NCBI GenBank assembly: GCA_963847625.1
Contig: CAWKAR010000013.1
Coordinates: 96,001-160,000 of the forward strand
Direction of reading: 5' to 3'
From: a candidate division FCPU426 bacterium
GTDB lineage: Bacteria; Oederibacteriota; Muellerivitia; Muellerivitales; Muellerivitaceae
Length of the DNA stretch: 64,000 nt
Below are positions 56,888 through 64,000 of this stretch, in pieces. The stretch's first letter is position 1. Each line of letters opens with the position of its first letter. The notes below the pieces were generated by a model, which saw only the letters and a program-made list of their open reading frames with translations, made no database searches and had not been told where the DNA came from. The position numbers and the translations under genes are program-made.

Positions 56888-57610
56888 TTAAAAAAAACCC
56901 ATATATTGAATACGCACGATCCTGGAAAAAAGCCCGGACCGGTTGATATCCCTGAAATCCACCCCAACCCTCAAGGGTTTATCCACATTAAAAAGGATAT
57001 TGCCGTTGAATTGCCAGTCATCATTTAAGATTTTGTCCAATTCCAAATTGAGCGCCAGGGGAGGGGCCAGGGCGAAGGAAGTCCCAAAAAAGGCGCCCAA
57101 GTCGCGGCTAGTTTTGAAATCGTTAAAAGATACAACATTCATACCACCATTCAATTGAATATAGCCTGCGTGGGGGAATTCCTTGCTGGCGGCCAAGTAA
57201 AGCCCCTTTTGAGTGCCGGGATAAAACCGGCCTTCCGCCTCGGATCCGTATCCCCGATCATCCCAACCCAATGCCATGGCAAGGGGGGTGGATTTCTCGT
57301 CCAAGAACCGGAACTTTAAGGCCAGTCGCGGTGTTTGAATCTGGATATCCCCCGAGCCTATCATGTTGGTGCCATTGGCGGAAAAGCCGAACATGAACAT
57401 ATCCTTGAATCCGACATTTCCCCGCAGGAAAAGCCCGCCGTTCTCGTAAATGCGGGTGACCAGGTCATAACCCCCGTGCATCAATGTGTAGGCTGTAGGA
57501 GCCTCCACCATCTCGTAATTGGTCGGGGGTGAGACGTCTTCACCCTTGGCCCAAAGACCGGAGATGCCAAGGAATAAAAGGAATATGAGTGAAAGTATTA
57601 TTCTTTTAAT
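56888..57610 (-). CDS. Outer-membrane beta-barrel protein (YjbH-like); probable ATT start
   Basis: 'APTAYTL', beta-strands, terminal Phe; signal peptide encoded in frame upstream of the ORF-track start. Confidence 0.7.
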   Translation of the reverse strand: MKRIILSLIFLLFLGISGLWAKGEDVSPPTNYEMVEAPTAYTLMHGGYDLVTRIYENGGLFLRGNVGFKDMFMFGFSANGTNMIGSGDIQIQTPRLALKFRFLDEKSTPLAMALGWDDRGYGSEAEGRFYPGTQKGLYLAASKEFPHAGYIQLNGGMNVVSFNDFKTSRDLGAFFGTSFALAPPLALNLELDKILNDDWQFNGNILFNVDKPLRVGVDFRDINRSGLFSRIVRIQYMGFF

Positions 57611-57708
57611 GGAAGACCTCCTTTGAGGTCAATTGTAGGATGAATGAACCCAATGTCAATCCAGGAAACATTATCCATAAAAGGCAAAAGCGGTATGACG
57701 CGTTTCGT

Positions 57709-58512
57709 TTAATATTTTTCGATCAACACTTTTTTCACTTTATGGATATTGCGGCCCAAAAATCTTTGCGCATGCTCCCGGAATTTTCTGGAAAGATCGC
57801 TGACATAATATGTTTCGCCTCCGTGGCCCGAAATCTCGATGCCGTGGGCTTCCAGATTTCGCCGCAGACTGCGAGCGGTTTCATCCGCCGAGTCGACTAT
57901 CTTGACTTTTTTTCCCACAATTTTGGAAAAAGTCCGTTTTAAAAGCGGGTAGTGGGTGCAGCCTAAAAGCAGGGTGTCAATGCCTGCCTTCAAGAGAGGA
58001 GCGAGGTATTCCTTCGAGATGGTTTCCGTAACAGGCCCTGACAGTTTGCCTTCTTCCACCAGCGGCACGAATAAGGGGCATGATCGCGCCATGACACGGG
58101 CCCCCGGCATCAGCTCCAAAATGGCCTTTGGGTAGGCCCCGGAAAATATGGTCCCCTCCGTGCCGATGACCCCGATTTTCCCGCTCCTCGTCGCTGCCAC
58201 CGCCGCGGCCGCGCCGGGCATGATCACTTCCAAGATCGGGATATCAAACTCCTTACGCAGGTCCTTGACGGCCCAAGCCGAGGAGGTGTTGCAGGCTACG
58301 ACCACCGCCTTGACCCTCTCCCGCTTCAGAAGAAATCGTATGATCTGGCGAGCATAACGGAGGATGGTATCCCTGCTTTTTGAACCGTACGGAATTCGGG
58401 CGGTATCCCCAAAATATGCGAGTTTCTCCCTAGGCAACTCTTTCCGGATGGCCCGAACAACGGTCAGACCACCGAGTCCCGAGTCGAATATACCGATAGG
58501 ACGGTTTTTCAT
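57709..58512 (-). CDS. murI: Glutamate racemase
   Basis: IFDSGLGGLTV, PYGSKS, VACNT, LGCTHYP. Confidence 0.97.
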   Translation of the reverse strand: MKNRPIGIFDSGLGGLTVVRAIRKELPREKLAYFGDTARIPYGSKSRDTILRYARQIIRFLLKRERVKAVVVACNTSSAWAVKDLRKEFDIPILEVIMPGAAAAVAATRSGKIGVIGTEGTIFSGAYPKAILELMPGARVMARSCPLFVPLVEEGKLSGPVTETISKEYLAPLLKAGIDTLLLGCTHYPLLKRTFSKIVGKKVKIVDSADETARSLRRNLEAHGIEISGHGGETYYVSDLSRKFREHAQRFLGRNIHKVKKVLIEKY

Positions 58513-58597
58513 GAATTCGGCCTGTGGATAAATGCAGATATTTGCAAAGACATTGAGTTATTTTTCACTGATTAAACCGAAACAAGTTTGGTAACAT

Positions 58598-60202
58598 TTA
58601 GGTGTTTTTCTTTCTTTTTTTTACTCCAAAAGAACCGCCATCCTTGAGAAGTTTATAGTCGATGGAATCAACAAGAGCCTCCCACGAGGCCTCGATGATG
58701 TTTTCTGATACGCCCACTGTGTTCCAGGAATTCTTTTCGTCTCCGCTTTCGATTAAAACCCGCACCTTGGCAGCAGTACCTTCCTTGGCGTCCAGAACCC
58801 GGACTTTGAAATCCGTCAGCCGGACTTTGCCTAGAGAAGGATAGAATTTCACGAGTGCCTTGCGCAAAGCCTGGTCAAGCGCATTAACGGGTCCGTCCCC
58901 TTCTCCCACGGTGTTCTCCAGGATGCCATTCACCTTGAGTTTGATGGTAGCTTCCGAAATCAACTTTCCGTCTCCCCGGTTTTCATCGATCACCCGAAAA
59001 CCCACCAGATCAAAGAAATGATGGTGGTGTCCCAAAGCTTTTTTCAAGAGAATCTCGAATGAAGCTTCCGCTTCCTCGAACTGGTAGCCTTCGTTCTCCA
59101 ATTTTTTTATCCGGTCGATGACCGCCCGCGCTTCGGGCGCCCCCTTTTTCAAGTGGATGCGTTTGTCCAATGCCTTATGGTGCAAGACCGCAAGGCCAGC
59201 CTGATCAGACATGAGGATGTTGCGGTCATTCCCAACGGCGGCCGGGTCAATATGCTCGTAGCTTTTTGTGGCTTTACGAACCGCCGAGATATGCACTCCG
59301 GCCTTGTGGGTAAAAGCGCTCTTGCTCACGTAAGGCGCATTCTCGCGCGGGTGCATGTTGCAGATCTCATCCACCTGGCGGGATGATTCAGTGAGTTTTT
59401 CCAGGTGGAGAGGCCGGACAAAATCCAGTTTCGCCTTGAGCGCCAAGGCCGGGATCAGGGAGGTCAGGTTTGCGTTTCCACATCGCTCCCCATAGCCGTT
59501 CAGGCACCCTTGGACCTGCGTCACCCCGGCCGAAACCGCAGCCAAGCTATTTGCCACCCCTAGGTCACCGTCATTGTGGCAATGGATACCTAATTCCGAT
59601 CCTGGAAACTTCCTTTGTGCCGCGCTCGTGGCCGATCGAACTTCCTCTGGGAGGGCACCCCCGTTGGTGTCGCATAAAACCAGGCAATCGGCGCCTCCCT
59701 TCAGGGCCGCCTCGAGGCACCTCAGGGCGTAATCGGGATTGGATTTGTACCCGTCAAAAAAATGCTCGGCATCATAAAAAACTTTTTCGAAACGCGGTTT
59801 CAGAAATTTTAAGGAATCATAAATAATCTCAAGGTTTTCCTCCCGCGAAACTTTGAGAGTATGGTCTACGTGAAAATCCCAGCTCTTTCCGAATAGGGTA
59901 GCCGTGGAAACGCCGGATTTTATCAAGCCCAGAAGGCCGGGATCCTTGGAGGCCCGGTTTTTAGCCCTACGGGTCATCCCGAAAACAGCTACTTTCGAGT
60001 TATGAAATTTGATCTTTTTCACTTCCTGAAAAAAAACGTCATCCTTGGGGTTGGCGCCAGGCCAGCCCCCCTCGATGTAATGAACGCCCAACTCATCTAA
60101 AATTCGCGCCAAGCGAAGCTTGTCCTGAACCGAAAGAGTGATTCCCCGGGTTTGAGGCCCTTCCCTTAAAAGAGCGTCGTAAATTACAATTTTTTTGTCC
60201 AC
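58598..60202 (-). CDS. cimA: Citramalate synthase (LeuA-family)
   Basis: IEGGWPGANPKD, DAEHFFDG, LCDTNGG, HCHND, GERCGN, C-terminal regulatory domain. Confidence 0.9.
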   Translation of the reverse strand: MDKKIVIYDALLREGPQTRGITLSVQDKLRLARILDELGVHYIEGGWPGANPKDDVFFQEVKKIKFHNSKVAVFGMTRRAKNRASKDPGLLGLIKSGVSTATLFGKSWDFHVDHTLKVSREENLEIIYDSLKFLKPRFEKVFYDAEHFFDGYKSNPDYALRCLEAALKGGADCLVLCDTNGGALPEEVRSATSAAQRKFPGSELGIHCHNDGDLGVANSLAAVSAGVTQVQGCLNGYGERCGNANLTSLIPALALKAKLDFVRPLHLEKLTESSRQVDEICNMHPRENAPYVSKSAFTHKAGVHISAVRKATKSYEHIDPAAVGNDRNILMSDQAGLAVLHHKALDKRIHLKKGAPEARAVIDRIKKLENEGYQFEEAEASFEILLKKALGHHHHFFDLVGFRVIDENRGDGKLISEATIKLKVNGILENTVGEGDGPVNALDQALRKALVKFYPSLGKVRLTDFKVRVLDAKEGTAAKVRVLIESGDEKNSWNTVGVSENIIEASWEALVDSIDYKLLKDGGSFGVKKRKKNT

Positions 60203-60275
60203 TGTCTTATCCTCAAATCAAAACTTAAAAACCTACTATCGAAAAAATCAAGTTTCATCATTTCAAAATTAAGTT

Positions 60276-61511
60276 TTATCTCCGTTCGCTGGTGGGTTTT
60301 TTCCCAAGCTTGAACTTGTCGTGGATGGCTTGGACAGCCTTGGCCACGTCCTTCTGGTCGATGACCACGGAGATTTTTATCTCCGAGGTGGAAATCATCT
60401 GTATATTCACTCCGTTCTGAGCCAGTGCTTGAAACATCTTGGCCGCGACCCCCGAGTGTGACCTCATACCTACGCCGACCACCGAAACCTTGGCGATGTT
60501 CTCGTCGTAAAGCACTCCGGCCGGCTTGAGGGTTTTCGAGATCTCGTTTACGACTCTCATGGTTTTCTTGAGTTCCGAGCAGTCCACGGTGAAAGACATA
60601 TCCGAGTGACCCTTTTCCCCGATGTTTTGGATGATCATGTCCACGTTGACTTCGGCGTTCCCCAATTTTGAAAATAGCGTGGAGGCGATCCCCGGCCGGT
60701 CGGGCACTCCCCGGACAGTCACCTTGGCCTCGTTTTTATTGTAGGTCACCCCGCTGATGACCACTTTTTCCATGGCTTTTGTTTCCTGCATAACAAATGT
60801 TCCTTCCTTTTCATTGAATGTGGGGCGTACATGGATCTTGATGTGAAAATTCTTCGCGAACTCCACCGAACGGGCGTTCAGAACCTGCGCCCCCGCGCTG
60901 GCCATCTCTAGCATTTCATCGTAGCTCACGGCGGAAAGTTTTCGAGCGTCCTTCACGATGGAAGGATTAGCCGTGAATATGCCATCCACGTCCTTGTAAA
61001 ACTCGCAAACATCCGCTTTCAGTGCCCCGGCGATAGCCACCGCTGTCAGATCGCTCCCCCCCCTCCCCAGGGTGGTGATTTCGTGTTCTTTGTTCTCGCC
61101 CTGGAATCCTGCCACGATGACCACCTTGCCCAACCTGAGCGCAGAGCGGATTTTAGAATCCCCCACCCTCACAATCCGGGCCTTGGTGTGCACATCGTCG
61201 GTGACAATGCCCACCTGTGGACCGGTGAAGGAAATGGCGTCACAGCCGAGGCTATTAAGAGCGATGGAAAGAAGCGCGATGGACTGCTGCTCGCCGGTGG
61301 CCAAGAGGACATCCATTTCCCTTTCGTCGGGGATGTCGGTAAGCTTATGAGCCATGGAAATGAGATCGTCCGTGGTGTCTCCTGGAGCCGAAACCACCAC
61401 GACAACATCGTGGCCTCTCTTGCGGTTCCTGGCGATTCTTCTGGCCACTTCCATCATCTTGGAGGCGTCAGCAACCGATGAACCTCCGTATTTTTGCACG
61501 ATTAAAGCCAT
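60276..61511 (-). CDS. lysC: Aspartate kinase
   Basis: QKYGGSSV, TTLGRGGSD, two ACT domains, STSEIKIS. Confidence 0.96.
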   Translation of the reverse strand: MALIVQKYGGSSVADASKMMEVARRIARNRKRGHDVVVVVSAPGDTTDDLISMAHKLTDIPDEREMDVLLATGEQQSIALLSIALNSLGCDAISFTGPQVGIVTDDVHTKARIVRVGDSKIRSALRLGKVVIVAGFQGENKEHEITTLGRGGSDLTAVAIAGALKADVCEFYKDVDGIFTANPSIVKDARKLSAVSYDEMLEMASAGAQVLNARSVEFAKNFHIKIHVRPTFNEKEGTFVMQETKAMEKVVISGVTYNKNEAKVTVRGVPDRPGIASTLFSKLGNAEVNVDMIIQNIGEKGHSDMSFTVDCSELKKTMRVVNEISKTLKPAGVLYDENIAKVSVVGVGMRSHSGVAAKMFQALAQNGVNIQMISTSEIKISVVIDQKDVAKAVQAIHDKFKLGKKPTSERR

Positions 61512-61602
61512 AGTTCACCTTTAGCGAATTGATCATTCAACAATCTATTGAGCGTCGATAGGCGTAAATTTCCGAGCCGTGAAAATAGCAACTATTCTAA
61601 AT

Positions 61603-62664
61603 TCAAAATTTTAGGGCTCCTAGTATTTCGCCCATCTCTGGTTTTACTACCTGCGGTTTCTCGCTAAGGGCAACCGCGCGGTCGGGGTCTTTCAAACCGT
61701 GACCCGTCAGGGTGCAGACGATACGCCTTTGTCCATCTGAGAAATAACCATCCCGGTTCTTCTTAATCACCCCAGCCAGGGACGCCGCCGAAGCCGGTTC
61801 GCAAAAGAGACCCTCTAGGGACGCTAGCATCCGGTAAGCTTCCAGGATCTCCTCGTCGGTCACCGCCTCGATGACCCCTTTCGACTCGTCTCGGGCTTCC
61901 TCGGCCCTTTTCCAGGAAAAAGGATTACCGATCTTAATGGCGGTCGCGATGGTCTCGGGCCGTTCAATCACGCGTTTGTTCACAATGGGTGCTGCGCCCG
62001 CAGCCTGGAAGCCGCACATGCGGGGCAACCCTTGGGCAAAACCCTTTTCTCGGTATTCCCGGTAGCCCATCCAATAGGCGGTGATATTACCAGCGTTCCC
62101 CACCGGGATGCAGTGGTACTCGGGAGCGTCACCCAGAACGTCCACGATTTCAAAAGCAGCTGTTTTCTGACCCTGGAGACGGAATGGGTTGTTCGAGTTT
62201 ACCATGGTCACGGGGTGCTTCTCCGCCAATTCGCGGGTGAGTTTCAGGGCCTCGTCGAAACTACCCTCCACTGCCACCACCTTGGCGCCGTAAATCATGG
62301 ACTGGGCCAGTTTTCCCAAGGCAATGGACCCATGTGGGAGAAATACCGCGCAAGAGATGCCAGCGTGGGCAGCATAGGCGGCGGCCGAAGCCGATGTATT
62401 ACCCGTGGAGGCGCATACGACGACCTTCGCACCCTCCTCCATGGCCTTGGACATGGCCATGGTCATCCCCCGGTCCTTGAAAGACCCGGTGGGATTCATT
62501 CCTTCGAACTTAAAAAACAGTTTGAGCCCGTTTCCCAGCTTTTCCGAGATCCGCTTGGCGAAAAAGAGAGGAGTCCCCCCTTCCAGGAGCGTGACAATGG
62601 GTGTTTTGGGGGTAACCGGCAAGAAGGACCGGTATTGCTCAATAACGCCTTTCCAGTGGGCCAT
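61603..62664 (-). CDS. thrC: Threonine synthase
   Basis: [13 protein letters not shown] lysine, CASTGNT, PVGNAGN, TGHGLKD. Confidence 0.96.
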   Translation of the reverse strand: MAHWKGVIEQYRSFLPVTPKTPIVTLLEGGTPLFFAKRISEKLGNGLKLFFKFEGMNPTGSFKDRGMTMAMSKAMEEGAKVVVCASTGNTSASAAAYAAHAGISCAVFLPHGSIALGKLAQSMIYGAKVVAVEGSFDEALKLTRELAEKHPVTMVNSNNPFRLQGQKTAAFEIVDVLGDAPEYHCIPVGNAGNITAYWMGYREYREKGFAQGLPRMCGFQAAGAAPIVNKRVIERPETIATAIKIGNPFSWKRAEEARDESKGVIEAVTDEEILEAYRMLASLEGLFCEPASAASLAGVIKKNRDGYFSDGQRRIVCTLTGHGLKDPDRAVALSEKPQVVKPEMGEILGALKF

Positions 62665-62665
62665 A

Positions 62666-63985
62666 CTACTCGCCCCGATCCATCCGGATCAGGAGAGTTT
62701 CCTCCTGGATAAAAGGAAGGCCGTTGATCTTCTTCAAGGCTTCCTGGACGTTTTTCTCCAGGGCCTCGTAAGTCACAATCACGACCGGCACTTTATCGCC
62801 CTTCTTTTGCTCCTTCTGGATGACCGAAGCGATGGAAATCTGGTGTTCCCCCAGGATACGAGAAATCGCCGAAAGCACTCCCACCTGATCCAAAACCGAG
62901 AATTTGAGGTAATAGCGGGATTTAACGTCGCCTATTTTCCGGATGCGCTTGATCTGGGAATCGTCGTTCACAAACCAGCAGTTGGATGTTTCGCCCGCCA
63001 CGTTATCGTGGATGCTCCGGCTTACGTATATCAGGTCACTCATGACGCCCGAAGCCGTGGGCCTTTGGCCGGCGCCTAACCCGTAATACATGGTCGTTCC
63101 AATGAAATCTCCGGTCACCAGGACGCCGTTGTACTCTCCGTCGACTTTAGCCAGCAAGTGGTCCTCTGGGATGAGGGTGGGATGCACTCGCACTTCCAAC
63201 TCGTCCCCCTCCACTTCGGCAATGGCGAGTAGTTTTACGACCCGGCCGAACTCCTCCCGGGCGAACTCAATGTCCTGAAACGTGATTTTTTCAATTCCTT
63301 CCACGTAGATGTCCTCGGCTGAGACGCGTTTGGAGAAAGCCAGCGAGGCCAGGATGGATAGTTTATGGGCCGCGTCCATGCCGCTGATGTCTAGCGTCGG
63401 GTCGGCTTCGGCTAGGCCCTTTTTCTGGGCTAGAAGCAGGGCTTCCTTAAATGACTTTTTTTCCTCGGTCATCTTTTGAAGAATGAAATTGGTGGTACCG
63501 TTCAGGATGCCGTAGATGGAGGTGATGTTGTTGGCCGCCAGGCCGTCATTGATGGCTTGGATAACGGGAACTCCGCTACAGACCGAGGCCTCGAAATAGA
63601 TGTCCACTTTGTGCTGGCGCGCGGTCTGGATGATCTCGTCCCAATAGGTTGAAAGCATGGCCTTATTAGCGGTGACGATGTGCTTACCTCGGCGCATGGC
63701 GTCTAATAAAAAAGATCGCGCCGGTTCCAGGCCGCCGATGAGCTCCAAAACGATATCGATCTCGGGATCGGTGACGATCTCGTCGTAATTCGTGGACATC
63801 ATTCCCTCGGGCAAGATGACTTCCCGAGGCCGGGTAATATCCTTATCCACTATCTTCTTGATACGCAAACCCGCGCCGATCTTTGCTTCGATAAGAGGGC
63901 GATTTTTTTCCAGCAGGCGGTACACTCCCTGCCCTATGGTCCCAAAGCCGATCATACCGATTTGAATTACCGACTTATCAGCCAT
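62666..63985 (-). CDS. hom: Homoserine dehydrogenase
   Basis: [28 protein letters not shown]-terminal ACT domain. Confidence 0.96.
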   Translation of the reverse strand: MADKSVIQIGMIGFGTIGQGVYRLLEKNRPLIEAKIGAGLRIKKIVDKDITRPREVILPEGMMSTNYDEIVTDPEIDIVLELIGGLEPARSFLLDAMRRGKHIVTANKAMLSTYWDEIIQTARQHKVDIYFEASVCSGVPVIQAINDGLAANNITSIYGILNGTTNFILQKMTEEKKSFKEALLLAQKKGLAEADPTLDISGMDAAHKLSILASLAFSKRVSAEDIYVEGIEKITFQDIEFAREEFGRVVKLLAIAEVEGDELEVRVHPTLIPEDHLLAKVDGEYNGVLVTGDFIGTTMYYGLGAGQRPTASGVMSDLIYVSRSIHDNVAGETSNCWFVNDDSQIKRIRKIGDVKSRYYLKFSVLDQVGVLSAISRILGEHQISIASVIQKEQKKGDKVPVVIVTYEALEKNVQEALKKINGLPFIQEETLLIRMDRGE

Positions 63986-64000
63986 TCTTCGCTCCTCAAA

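Overview
64 kb from a diderm (outer-membrane) bacterium. The right third (about 49.9-64 kb) is ordinary core chromosome: satP, eno, greA, fur, tlpA, murI, cimA, lysC, thrC, hom. The left two-thirds is accessory-rich. It holds an ABC-2 exporter operon, nth, secreted and outer-membrane proteins (PorV-like/OmpA, SBBP and NHL beta-propellers with Thr/Pro linkers, a GH10 xylanase), a heavily frameshifted RND pump, three type II toxin-antitoxin modules, an AAA_14/DUF4143 ATPase, a truncated Fic gene, hrpB, two apparently identical IS3-family copies and one IS30. The most notable signal is non-coding: several families of small hairpin elements that nest inside each other. (1) A 77-100 bp double-hairpin unit with covarying stems and a conserved TGCC/GGTA base that is always found inserted at a TG dinucleotide inside other repeats. 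(2) TGTCCAC...GTGGACA bubble-hairpins sitting just after stop codons of co-oriented genes, like integron attC sites but with a different core. (3) A modular hairpin string ending GGCCTAAAGT...CTGACCCC that punctuates the TA-rich island at 19.8-29.2 kb. There are also serial 3'-end duplications of nth and of an outer-membrane beta-barrel gene. No integrase or REP-associated tyrosine transposase is encoded in the window, so any mobilising enzyme would act in trans. No rRNA, tRNA or CRISPR array was found. All product calls come from motif recognition by eye, not from database searches.
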